Shown in pieces: positions 21,713-31,027 of a DNA stretch of 64,000 nt. Every line of letters begins with the position of its first letter. Within the stretch, counting starts at the first letter, position 1. Both the position numbers and the translations under genes were made by a program. The notes below the pieces were generated by a model. The model worked only from the letters and a program-made list of their open reading frames with translations. It ran no database searches and had not been told where the DNA came from. The stretch is from an uncultured Actinomycetota bacterium (lineage in GTDB: Bacteria > Actinomycetota > UBA4738), in NCBI GenBank assembly GCA_963770955.1, contig CAVYRK010000002.1:485381-549380 (forward strand). The letters run 5' to 3'.

Positions 21713-22729
21713 GTGATCGAGCTGCTCGTCTTCATCCTCGTCCTGCTCGCGTTCGTGGCGGTGGGACTCTTCCTCGCCCGCGGACGCGGGACCAAGGCGC
21801 CCCCTGCGGAGGACGCGCGCCCGGCGCCGCCGAAGACGGCCGCGCCACCCCCGGCGGAGAAGGCACCCGCGCCGGCGGGGCTCGCCGCCCGGATCCGCGC
21901 GCTGTTCCCCGGCGGCGGCGCGACGGAAGACACGTGGAAGGGCCTCGAGGAGGCGCTCATCCGAGCCGACGTCGGGCCGCGCGCCGCGGCCGACGTCGTC
22001 GCCCGCGTCCGGGAGCGCTACAAGCCCCCCATGGATCCCGCCGACCTGGTGGTCGAGGAGATCGCCGGCGCGTTCGCCGGTGACGAGCCGTGGCAGGTTC
22101 CCGCCGGGCCGGGCGGCAGTCCCTGCATCGTGATGGTCGTCGGGGTCAACGGCACCGGCAAGACGACGACGATCGGCAAGATCGCGGCGCGGCTGCAATC
22201 GGAGGGGCGTTCCGTGGGGATGGCCGCGAGCGACACCTTCCGCGCCGCCGCCGGAGAGCAGCTGGAGGTATGGGCGGGGCGCACCGGCGCGACGGTGGTG
22301 TCGCAGGAGCGCGGCGCCGATCCCGGCGCGGTCGCGTTCGACGCCGTGAAGGCCGCCGAGGCGCGCCACGTGGACGTGCTGATCGTGGACACGGCGGGAC
22401 GTCTGCACACGCGCACCCCGCTGATGGAGGAGCTGAAGAAGGTGCGGCGCGTCATCGAGAAGGCGGCCGGTCGCCCACCCGACGAGGTGCTCCTGGTGGT
22501 GGACGCGACGACGGGCCAGAACGGCATCCGTCAGGCCGAGTCGTTCACGGAAGCCGTGGAGGTCTCCGGCGTCGTGCTCACGAAGCTCGACGGGACGGCG
22601 CGCGGCGGCATCGTGCTGGCGGTGCGGACCGAGCTCGGCTTGCCGGTCGTGCTCGTCGGCACCGGCGAGGGAGCGAACGACCTGGCGCCGTTCGACCCGG
22701 TGGCGTTCGCCCGCGGCCTGGTGTCGTAG
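21713..22729 (+). CDS. ftsY: Signal recognition particle receptor FtsY
   Basis: ORF 21713..22729, intact. N-terminal TM segment. GVNGTGKTTTIGK, DTAGRL and TKLDGTARGG motifs. Confidence 0.93.
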   Translation: MIELLVFILVLLAFVAVGLFLARGRGTKAPPAEDARPAPPKTAAPPPAEKAPAPAGLAARIRALFPGGGATEDTWKGLEEALIRADVGPRAAADVVARVRERYKPPMDPADLVVEEIAGAFAGDEPWQVPAGPGGSPCIVMVVGVNGTGKTTTIGKIAARLQSEGRSVGMAASDTFRAAAGEQLEVWAGRTGATVVSQERGADPGAVAFDAVKAAEARHVDVLIVDTAGRLHTRTPLMEELKKVRRVIEKAAGRPPDEVLLVVDATTGQNGIRQAESFTEAVEVSGVVLTKLDGTARGGIVLAVRTELGLPVVLVGTGEGANDLAPFDPVAFARGLVS

Positions 22730-22750
22730 CCCGCTCGATCTCGGGGCCGG

Positions 22751-23489
22751 TCAGAGGCCGTTCGCGGAGAAGTGCTGCCAGTCCTTGAGCGAGTGCCAGT
22801 TGCCGCCCCAGCCCCACCCGACGGCCGCGAACGCGCGCACCACGATGTCGCCGGGGAGGATCATGCCCTTCCGGTGGCGGGAGCGGTCGGCGAACGCCCG
22901 CGCGGTCCTCGGCAGGACGACGGCGCCGTTCACCTCCGGGTTCTCAAGAGGGTTGATGTCGATCGCGCGGCCGAGGGCGTGCTGCGACCACACCTCGCGT
23001 CCCCTCGACGGGCCGGCAGTTGAACGCGGAGGTGTTGTCCGCCTCCATGGAACGCTCGTCGCTCGCGCCGAACGCCTCGACGGGCACCATCCGCCGGATC
23101 GGGAACCGCGCCTTCCAGAGCGCGTGCATGGCGGACGTGACCGCCGGCGCGGCGTCCCGGTTCACGACCAATCGGCCCACGTGTCCCTCACCGTCGAATC
23201 CTCGGTAGGAGAGCGTCACCAGCCGGAGGTCGCCGAGCGGAACCGGGCATCCCTCACGCCACGCCCCCGCCGTGACCATGCCGTCACGCACGGCCGGCGG
23301 GAGGCGGCGGACCGTGACGCGCCATCGCACCGGGGCGGGCGACGGCGGCGGCGAAGGGACCGGGCTCGGCGCCGCAGTGGGCGATGCGGTCGGCGAGGGC
23401 CCGGTCGGGCGTGTGGCCTCGGGTTGGCTCGAGCACGACGCCGCGATCAGCAGGACGAACAACGCTGCGGACGCGAGTGGTCGCATCAC
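22751..23489 (-). pseudogene. M15-family D-Ala-D-Ala carboxypeptidase-like lipoprotein; one +1 break at ~22998-23005
   Basis: ORF 22944..23489 has the signal/lipobox MMRPLASAALFVLLIAASC. ORF 22751..22993 has WSQHALGRAIDINP. Deleting one G of a GGGG run (minus strand) joins them as RPVEGREVWSQHA. Confidence 0.75.
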
Positions 23490-23525
23490 CTGGCGTATCG
23501 ACGGGCTCGCGCGTCCACGATCACA

Positions 23526-23876
23526 TCATGAGTCGCGCACAACGCAGAACTCGTTTCCCTCCGGGTCCGCCAGCGTGATGAAGACGTCGTCCGGGTCGGT
23601 GGACGCCCACAGCCGCGTCCCGCCCAGCTCCTCGATCCGGGCCGCGGCGGTCTCCTCGTCGGCGACGGTCAGGTCGAGGTGCAGCCGGTTCTTGCCGGCT
23701 TTCGGCTCGGGGACCCGCTGAAAGGCGATGTCCACCGAGCGACCGGCAGGGTCCTCCAACTGGACCCATTCCTCGTCCCCGTACTTCTCCCGGTAGCCGG
23801 TCACCGCCATCCAGAAGGGCGCGAGCGACTGCGGATTCGAGCAGTCGATGACGATGCTTCTCAAGGTGACGTCCAC
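23526..23876 (-). CDS. VOC/glyoxalase-like domain protein
   Basis: ORF 23526..23876, intact. IVIDCSNPQSLAPFW...NRLHLDL...DPEGNEFCV pattern. Confidence 0.75.
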   Translation of the reverse strand: MDVTLRSIVIDCSNPQSLAPFWMAVTGYREKYGDEEWVQLEDPAGRSVDIAFQRVPEPKAGKNRLHLDLTVADEETAAARIEELGGTRLWASTDPDDVFITLADPEGNEFCVVRDS

Positions 23877-23938
23877 GGGCGGATCGTATCCCGACCCGGG
23901 CCTCCCCCGATCCGGCGAGGGAGGCTACAGTGCCGCGC

Positions 23939-24094
23939 ATGGACCGGGGGGAGCGGCCGGGATTCCTCAGCAGGTGGCGCGCGCCGCTGCTCGGCCTGGG
24001 GGTCATCGGCGCCCTGACCGTCGCGGGGGCCGCGATCCTCACGCTGATCCTGATGGTCCTCGCCCTGGCGAACATGCTGACCACCATCCCCTGA
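23939..24094 (+). CDS. Possible 51-aa membrane peptide
   Basis: ATG 23939 behind GAGGGAGG. Translation MDRGERPGFLSRWRAPLLGLGVIGALTVAGAAILTLILMVLALANMLTTIP. G/C third positions are nearly uniform. It is below the ORF-track size cutoff. Confidence 0.45.
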   Translation: MDRGERPGFLSRWRAPLLGLGVIGALTVAGAAILTLILMVLALANMLTTIP

Positions 24095-24131
24095 GCGCCC
24101 GTCCGCGCGGCGTGTCGTAGCCTGGAGCAAC

Positions 24132-25546
24132 ATGTTCGACGCACTCACCGGCCGCTTCGACACCGTCTTCCGCAAGCTCCGCCAGCGGGGTCGCCTGCAT
24201 CCCAAGCAGGTGGAGGTGGCGCTCGACGACATCCGGTCGGCGCTGCTCGATGGCGACGTCGCCCTGGACGTCGTCGACGACTTCCTGGGCCGCGTCCGGG
24301 CGCGCGCGCTGTCCGACGAGGTGATGCGGTCGCTGACTCCCGCGCAGCAGGTCGTGAAGATCGTCCGAGACGAGCTGCAGACGACGCTGGGCGGCGAGTA
24401 CACGCCGTTCACCCTGCCCGGGGTGAACCCGGTCGTGATCATGATGGCCGGCGTCCAGGGCTCGGGGAAGACGACCCACTCGCGCGAAGCTCGCGCTGCA
24501 CCTGAAGGAGAAGGGCCGCCACCCGCTGCTGGTCGCGGCCGACCTCCAGCGGCCGGCCGCCGTCGAGCAGCTGTTCACCCTGGGCGGCGAGATCGGGGTC
24601 CCGGTGGTGTCCGACGGCCGCGACCCGGTGAAGGTCGCGAAGAGCGCCGTGAAGCAGGCGAGCCGCGAGGGCAGGAACGTGGTCATCATCGACACGGCCG
24701 GCCGCCTGCACGTGGACCCCGAGATGATGAAGCAGGCCAGGCAGATCCGCGACGCGACGCGGCCGCACCACGTCCTGATGGCGTGCGACGCGATGACCGG
24801 TCAGGACGCCGTCGTGCAGGCACGCGCGTTCATGAAGGACGTCGACCTGACCGGCTTCATCCTGACGAAGGTCGACGGCGACGCCCGCGGCGGCGCGGCG
24901 CTGTCGATCACGTTCGAGACCGGGCGGCCCATCTACTTCGCCGGCACCGGCGAGCGCGTGCAGGACCTCGAGCCCTTCTATCCGGACCGGATGGCCTCGC
25001 GCATTCTCGGCATGGGCGACGTCCTGACGCTCATCGAGAAGGCCGAGAAGGAGCTCGACCAGGACAAGGCGCGCGAGGCCGCGGAGAAGATGGCCGAGGC
25101 GCGGTTCACGCTGGACGACTTCCTGACGCAGATGCGGGAGGTGAAGAAGCTCGGCCCGCTCCAGGACCTGCTGGCGATGATGCCCGGGATGCCCGGGCGG
25201 CGGACCGCAGCTGAAGGACCTCCAGGTCGACGAGCGGGAGCTGAGCCGCGCCGAGGCGATCATCTCCTCGATGACGCCGCAGGAGCGCGTCCAGCCGCAG
25301 GTCATCAACGGCAGCCGCCGCCTGCGGATCGCGCGGGGCTCGGGCACCACCACGCAGCAGGTGAACGCGCTGCTGAAGGAGTTCGCCCAGGCCAAGCGCA
25401 TGATGAAGTCGATGATGGGCATGATGGGCGGCCCCGGCGGCAAGGCCGGCCGGAAGCTTCCGAAGGGCATGAAGATGCCGAAGGGCATGAAGATGCCCGG
25501 CGCGAAGGGCCTGCCCGGGATGCCGAACGTGCCCGGACTCTCGTAG
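24132..25546 (+). pseudogene. ffh: Signal recognition particle protein Ffh; two +1 breaks (~24481-24486, ~25195-25207)
   Basis: MFDALTGRF...GVQGSGKTT is in ORF 24132. DTAGRLH, TKVDGDARGGAALS and the M-domain are in ORF 24604. The C-terminal SMTPQER...GSGTT...Met-rich tail is in ORF 25271..25546. Confidence 0.93.
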
Positions 25547-25609
25547 GCTCTACCGGTTCCCCGTGAGAACATTGCGGGTCGCGGCTGCGCTGCGACCCTG
25601 GAGGATGGC

Positions 25610-26199
25610 ATGGTCAAGATCAGATTGAGGCGGCTCGGGGCCACGAAGCGGCCGTTCTACCGGGTGGTCGTGGCCGACTCCCGCAGCCCGCGCGACGGTC
25701 GGTTCATCGAGGCGATCGGCCGCTACCAGCCGATGGACGACCCGTCGCTGGTCGAGATCGATGCCGACCGCGCCCTGCACTGGCTGTCGGTCGGAGCCCA
25801 GCCCACCCTGCAGGTCCAGCATCTGCTGAAGGTCGCCGGCGTGTGGGCCCAGTTCGAGGCCGCCAGCCCGAAGACGGCCGCCAAGCTGGTCGAGGCCGAG
25901 CCGAAGCCGGGCAAGCGGACGTCTGAGCGTTGGGACAAGGCCGCAAAGGACGCCGAGGCGGCGAAGCAGGCCGCCGCTGCCGCCGCGGCACCGCCGCCAC
26001 CGCCCCCGCCGAGGCTCCCGCCGAGGAGGCGCCGGTCGAGGCTGCCGCCGAGGAGGCCCCCGCGGAAGCTGCCGAGGAGGCTCCGGCGGAAGCTGCCGTC
26101 GAGGAAGTTCCGGCCGTCGAGGCCGAGGAGACACCGGCCACAGAGGAGGCCGCGCCGGCCGAGCCCGAGGAAGCTCCCGCCGAGGGCGGCGAGGGGTAG
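25610..26199 (+). pseudogene. rpsP: 30S ribosomal protein S16 with Ala/Glu/Pro-rich C-terminal tail; one -1 (or +2) break ~25975-26010
   Basis: [25 protein letters not shown] is in ORF 25610. The acidic tail in ORF 25930..26199 has the coding-like third positions. The as-read basic PPRRRR continuation does not. Confidence 0.88.
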
Positions 26200-26208
26200 C
26201 GGACCGCC

Positions 26209-26448
26209 GTGGCCTCGCCTCGTGAGGTCCTGGAGTTCGTGGCCCGTCAGGTGGTCGATGAGCCCGACGCCGTCCGCGTCGAGGAAGAGGCGGACGATCG
26301 CGGCTCGATCCTGCACCTGACGGTTGCCGCCGACGACGTCGGCAAGGTGATCGGCAAGGGCGGACGGACCGCACGAGCCATCCGCTCCGTCGTGCGGGCC
26401 GCCGCGATCCGCTCCGGCACGCACGTCATGGTCGAGATCGCGGGGTGA
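26209..26448 (+). CDS. KH-domain RNA-binding protein (YlqC/UPF0109-like)
   Basis: ORF 26209..26448, intact. [22 protein letters not shown] loop. It holds the conserved position between rpsP and rimM. Confidence 0.88.
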   Translation: MASPREVLEFVARQVVDEPDAVRVEEEADDRGSILHLTVAADDVGKVIGKGGRTARAIRSVVRAAAIRSGTHVMVEIAG

Positions 26449-26985
26449 GTTCCGCAGGGCCCGCCATCCCCTGGGTGGCGGTGGGGCGCGCGACCCGCGC
26501 GCACGGCATCCACGGCGAGGTCGCGATCCTGTCGCTGACGGATGTCCCGGAGCGGTTCGAGGAGGGCTCCCGCGTCTTCGTCGGCGAGGACGGCAGCCGG
26601 CCGCTCACGGTGGCCGGCTCGCGTCCGCATCGCGATCGGGTGCTTGTTCGCTTCGAGGAGATCCCCGACCGGACCGCCGCCGAGGCGCTCGCCGGCGCCT
26701 ACCTGTTCGTCCCGGCGAACTCCTCGCCGGCGCTTCCCGACGGGGAGTTCTGGCCGCACCAGATCCTCGGCGCGGAGGTGCGTCTGGACTCCGGCCGCTC
26801 GCTCGGACGGGTCGCGGAGATCGTCCGGACGCAGGCCAACGACGTGTGGGTCACCCGCGGCGAGGACGGTGAGTCGCTGATCCCCGCGCTCCGCGACGTG
26901 GTGGTGTCGGTGGACGTGGCGCGCTGGGCTGATCGTCGTGCGCGAGGTTCCCGGCCTGACCGTGCCGGAGGCCGGCGAGACATAG
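26445..26985 (+). pseudogene. rimM: 16S rRNA processing protein RimM; one +1 break ~26918-26926
   Basis: GTG 26445 overlaps the KH-protein stop. VGRATRAHGIHGEV...FEE...DGEFWPHQILG is in the ORF 26445 frame. The shifted C-terminus reads GLIVVREVPGLTVPEAGET, with the stop at 26983-26985. Confidence 0.88.
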
Positions 26986-27020
26986 GCGCCGGCGACGCGG
27001 CCGCTGGTAGCCTCCGAGCC

Positions 27021-27743
27021 GTGCGTGTCGACCTCCTGACGATCTTCCCCGACCTGTTCGAGAGTCCGCTGCGGCAGAGCCTGCTGGGCAAGGCGATCGA
27101 GGCCGGGCTGCTCGACGTCCGCGTGCACGACATCCGCGACCATGCCACCGATCCGCACCGGAAGGTGGACGACACCGCGTACGGCGGCGGGCCGGGAATG
27201 GTGATGACGGCCGAGCCCGATCTTCGACGCCGTCGAGTCACTCGGCGCGGGCGAACGGCGGCAGCTGCTGCTGTCGCCGGCGGGGCGGCGGCTCGACCAG
27301 GCGCTCGTTCGCGAGCTGGCGCTGGAGCCGTGGCTCGTGATGATTTGCGGCCGATACGAGGGGGTCGACGAGCGCGTGGTCGACGGCCTCGGCGCCGAGG
27401 AGATCTCGATCGGCGACTACGTGCTGTCGGGCGGCGAGGTGCCGGCCCTCGTGGTGCTGGAGGCGGTGTCGCGGCTGGTGCCGGGGGTGATCGGCAATGC
27501 CGAGTCGCTCGGCCGGCGAGTCGTTCGAGGTCGCCGGCCTGCTCGATCACCCGCACTACACGCGGCCCCGCGAGTTCCGCGGCATGGAAGTGCCGGAGGT
27601 GCTGCTGTCCGGCGACCACGCGGCCATCGAAGCGTGGCGCCGGGAGGCCGCCGAGCGAGAAGACCCGCCGCAACCGGCCCGACCTGGCGCTCCGCCGCCC
27701 CGGGCAGCCTTCGGACGGGCCACCGGCGCCGCCCGAGGGCTGA
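27021..27743 (+). pseudogene. trmD: tRNA (guanine37-N1)-methyltransferase TrmD; three +1 breaks (~27213-27218, ~27508-27514, ~27650-27658)
   Basis: VRVDLLTIFPDLFESPL...DDTAYGGGPGMVM, then [12 protein letters not shown]...[11 protein letters not shown], then [27 protein letters not shown], then [10 protein letters not shown], each in a successive frame. Confidence 0.92.
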
Positions 27744-27858
27744 GACCGCGCCCCGGGAAGACCCCGGCCCGTCCACTCCTCGGTGCTATCATTGGCGGCC
27801 GCGCCAGTTCTTCCCCCCGCTGTTCGCCGGGACCGCTATTCGTGGGATCGCTATTCGA

Positions 27859-28272
27859 ATGAACACGACCGACCTCATCGAAACGCCGCGCCTCCGAGAC
27901 GACCTGCCGGATTTCCGGCCGGGCGACACATTGCGCGTCCACGTCCGCGTGGCCGAGGCCGGCCGCGAGCGCATCCAGATGTTCCAGGGGATCGCGATCC
28001 GCCGCCGCGGCGGCGGGCTCCGCGAGTCCTTCACGGTGCGCAAGATCTCCTTCGGGGTCGGCGTGGAGCGGACGTTCCCCCTGCACTCGCCCACGATCGC
28101 GAAGATCGAGGTGCTGTCACGGGGCCGCGTGCGCCGGGCCAAGCTGTACTACCTGCGGGAGCGTCGCGGGAAGCGCGCGCGCATCCGCGAGCTGCGCGAG
28201 CCGTCACCCGCCGCGGCGGCCGGGAACGGCGCGCGGGAGGCCGACGCCGAGCCCGATGACGAGCAGGACTAG
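27859..28272 (+). CDS. rplS: 50S ribosomal protein L19
   Basis: ATG 27859. [35 protein letters not shown]...[21 protein letters not shown]. Confidence 0.93.
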   Translation: MNTTDLIETPRLRDDLPDFRPGDTLRVHVRVAEAGRERIQMFQGIAIRRRGGGLRESFTVRKISFGVGVERTFPLHSPTIAKIEVLSRGRVRRAKLYYLRERRGKRARIRELREPSPAAAAGNGAREADAEPDDEQD

Positions 28273-29095
28273 CTCCGGATGGCCGTCGATTCGCCGAGCC
28301 AACCCGAGGAGCAGCCGGCGACCCGGAACGACCCTCGAGCCGCTGAGCAACCAGGATCCCGCAGCTCCCGTGAGCGGGGACGGCGCCGTCGCCGCCGCCG
28401 AGACACCGCCGGACGAGGACGCCTCCACCGAGCCGATCGCCGGCCGCGCCGGACGGCGGGACGCGCCGAAGCGCGGGGGGCCGCTGGCCTTCCTGCGGGA
28501 GCTGCCGGCCCTGCTGCTGATCGCGTTCATCCTCGCCCTGCTCATCAAGTCGTTCCTGATCCAGGCGTTCTTCATCCCCTCCGAGTCGATGGTCCCGACG
28601 CTCCAGGTCGGCGACCGCGTCCTGGTGAACAAGCTCACCTACCGCTTCCACCCGCCGGGCCGCGGCGACGTCATCGTGTTCCAGGATCCGAACGCGCCGC
28701 CGGAGCACCGCGGGGTGGCGTCTGGGTTCGTCCACTGGGTGACCGACGGCCTCGGGCTGACGACCAGCCCCGACAAGGACTTCATCAAGCGCGTGATCGG
28801 GCTCCCCGGCGACTCCATCGAGATCCGCCGGGGCCGCGTGTACGTGAACGGGAAGATCCTCGCACCCGAGCCGTACCTCAGTCCGATCGAGGACGTCAGC
28901 TGCTGTCCGGGCCAGACCTGGACGGTGCCGAAGGACGAGCTGTTCGTCATGGGCGACAACCGGACCAACTCGAGCGACTCGCGGACGAGCCTCGGGTACA
29001 TCCCCATCAGCAAGGTGGTGGGAAGGGCGTTCGTGATCATCTGGCCGCCCTCTCGGATCCACTGGTTGTCGACGCCGAAGTACAGTTCCCCCTAG
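28256..29095 (+). CDS. lepB: Signal peptidase I
   Basis: ORF 28256..29095. Catalytic [17 protein letters not shown] and [11 protein letters not shown] boxes. The start is uncertain. ATG 28279 in another frame plus a possible +1 break near 28330 would give a more natural acidic N-terminus. Confidence 0.9.
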   Translation: MTSRTSSGWPSIRRANPRSSRRPGTTLEPLSNQDPAAPVSGDGAVAAAETPPDEDASTEPIAGRAGRRDAPKRGGPLAFLRELPALLLIAFILALLIKSFLIQAFFIPSESMVPTLQVGDRVLVNKLTYRFHPPGRGDVIVFQDPNAPPEHRGVASGFVHWVTDGLGLTTSPDKDFIKRVIGLPGDSIEIRRGRVYVNGKILAPEPYLSPIEDVSCCPGQTWTVPKDELFVMGDNRTNSSDSRTSLGYIPISKVVGRAFVIIWPPSRIHWLSTPKYSSP

Positions 29096-29124
29096 GGCCT
29101 CTCGCGGGCTCGGGGAGGGAACCG

Positions 29125-29826
29125 GTGGTGGACGAACCGGACCGCACGATCGACCACAACGAGCGACTGCTCCACGAGCAGGGCTTCTCGCTGGTCGCCG
29201 GCGTCGACGAGGCCGGCAGGGGAGCCCTGGCCGGACCGCTCGTGGCCGGCGCGGTCATCCTGCCCGAGGGATTCGACTGCGACGGCCTCCGCGATTCGAA
29301 GGAGCTGACCCCGCAGCAGCGCGACGAGTGGTTCGAGCGGATCGACCGCGACGCCATCGCCTGGGCCGTCCGCCGCGCGTACCCGACGCGCATCGACCGG
29401 AGAGGGCTGCACAAGACGAACGTGTGGCTGCTCCGGCAGGTGGTGCTGGCGCTGGACGTGCGTCCCGACTTCGTGCTTGCGGACGGCTTCCGGCTGCGGA
29501 CGCTCTCCATGCCGCAGCTCGCCGTGAAGAAAGGTGACGCGACGTGCGCGTCGGTCGCGGCGGCGTCGGTCATGGCGAAGGTCAGCCGCGACCGGGCGAT
29601 GAACCGCTACCACCGGCGGTTCCCGCAGTACGGCTTCGACCGGCACAAGGGGTACGGCACCCCGACGCACCGCGCCGCGATCGCGCGCTACGGGCCGTCG
29701 GTGATCCATCGAATGTCGTTCAAGGGAATGATCATGTACCGGATGCAGCACGAGGAGTACGTGGCCAAGTACGGCCGGCCCGATATGAACGGCGGGCCGG
29801 AGGCGGACGAGGTGATGGAAACGTGA
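29125..29826 (+). CDS. rnhB: Ribonuclease HII
   Basis: GTG 29125 behind GGGGAGGGA within ORF 28279..29826. VAGVDEAGRGALAGPLV, DSKELT and KGDATCASVAAASVMAKV motifs. Confidence 0.9.
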   Translation: MVDEPDRTIDHNERLLHEQGFSLVAGVDEAGRGALAGPLVAGAVILPEGFDCDGLRDSKELTPQQRDEWFERIDRDAIAWAVRRAYPTRIDRRGLHKTNVWLLRQVVLALDVRPDFVLADGFRLRTLSMPQLAVKKGDATCASVAAASVMAKVSRDRAMNRYHRRFPQYGFDRHKGYGTPTHRAAIARYGPSVIHRMSFKGMIMYRMQHEEYVAKYGRPDMNGGPEADEVMET

Positions 29827-30137
29827 GCGACGAGGACATCGAACGATACGAAGACGACATGGAGCTCCGACTGTGGCAGGAGTACCGCGACGTCCTGCCC
29901 ATGTTCGCGTACGTGGTGGAGACGGAACGCCGTTTCTACCTGGCGAACAACGTCGACGTGCAGCCGCACGACGGCCCAGGCGGGCCGTGGTTCGAAGTCG
30001 AGCTCTCCGACGCGTGGGTCTGGGACATGTACCGCCCAGCTCGGTTCGTGAGCAAGGTGCGCGTCGTGACGACGGGCGACGTCAACGTCGAGGAGCTCGC
30101 GCAGAAGGACATCCGCCCCGACGACGCGATGAGCTGA
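29823..30137 (+). CDS. DUF2469-type conserved actinobacterial protein
   Basis: GTG 29823 overlaps the rnhB stop. YEDDMELRLWQEYRDVLPMFAYVVETERRFYLAN. It occupies the usual position after rnhB. Confidence 0.8.
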   Translation: MSDEDIERYEDDMELRLWQEYRDVLPMFAYVVETERRFYLANNVDVQPHDGPGGPWFEVELSDAWVWDMYRPARFVSKVRVVTTGDVNVEELAQKDIRPDDAMS

Positions 30138-30146
30138 CCCGAGCCG

Positions 30147-30525
30147 TCAGGGCGTGACGATGAACCGCACCCTGGCCGACGGGCCGCCCAGATGACAGGC
30201 GCCTTGCGCGTAGACCCATTGGTTGGCCCGGATGAACCCGGCGCCCTGGGCCGCGTCACCCGGGATCAGTCCCAGGAGGCGGATCCTGCCGTTACGGCCC
30301 GGGGGTTGCTTCCAAAGCAGCGTGCGCGTCCCGGCCGAGTCCGTGAAGTGGACGAACACGGTCGGGCACGGCCCGATGTGGAAGCCCTGACCCTTGGATC
30401 TTCACAGTTGAGTTGGGCGACCATCTGTGCGGGTGCACGAAGATCGCCGGTTTTGCGATGGAGGGGTTGGCGGTCAAGAGCGTCGACCCCAGGACAAGCA
30501 CGACGACGGCACCGCTCCGGAGCAT
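30147..30525 (-). pseudogene. Hypothetical small secreted protein; one +1 break ~30383-30390
   Basis: ATG 30525 with signal-like MLRSGAVVVLVLGSTLLTANPSIA (ORF 30292..30711). It continues as FHIGPCPTVFVHFTDSAGTR... in ORF 30147..30359. It lies in a visibly AT-richer patch. Confidence 0.45.
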
Positions 30526-30637
30526 CCACCCAGAGATCACGTGAGCCTTTCCTTGTGCAAATCGCCTGAATAGGCTGCTCCAGAAGCTTCGCCCCGTCAA
30601 ATGCGCGAGCGTCGGCGAGTGTCTGCATGATCCCCGC

Positions 30638-31012
30638 GTGGGCGTCGAGGATGCGCGATGGTCTGTCGGGCGGCGCGGTGAAGACGCCGCCCTGGATCGG
30701 TACCTGCGCACCGGCTACCGGTTGGTTGCGCGCAACTGGCGGTGCCGGCTGGGCGAGATCGACCTGGTCGTGGCCCGCGGCTCGGTCGTGGTCGTCTGCG
30801 AGGTGAAGACCCGTCGCGGTTCGTCGCTCGGCGGGCCGTTCGAGTCCGTGACGGCGCGCAAGCAGGAGAAGCTGCGCCGGCTCGCGCAGGCGTTCCTGGC
30901 CTCGGCGTCCGGGGCGCTCGCCGGCGCCGACCGCGACGTTCGATTCGACGTCGCGAGCGTGACGGTCGGACGCGACGGTGCCGCGGTGCACGTGTTCGAA
31001 GACGCGTTCTGA
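30638..31012 (+). CDS. yraN: YraN-family (UPF0102) endonuclease-like protein
   Basis: ORF 30638..31012. GEDAALDRYLRTGYRLVARNWRCRLGEIDLVV...VVVCEVKTR. Confidence 0.85.
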   Translation: MGVEDARWSVGRRGEDAALDRYLRTGYRLVARNWRCRLGEIDLVVARGSVVVVCEVKTRRGSSLGGPFESVTARKQEKLRRLAQAFLASASGALAGADRDVRFDVASVTVGRDGAAVHVFEDAF

Positions 31013-31027
31013 CTCGCGCGTCGGTGG

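Noticed and set aside
25576-25598. Hairpin GGGTCGC-N9-GCGACCC between ffh and rpsP as a terminator
   Set aside because: No T-tract follows, and it directly abuts the rpsP SD (GGAGGA). It may be a leader structure, but I have no basis to call it a terminator.
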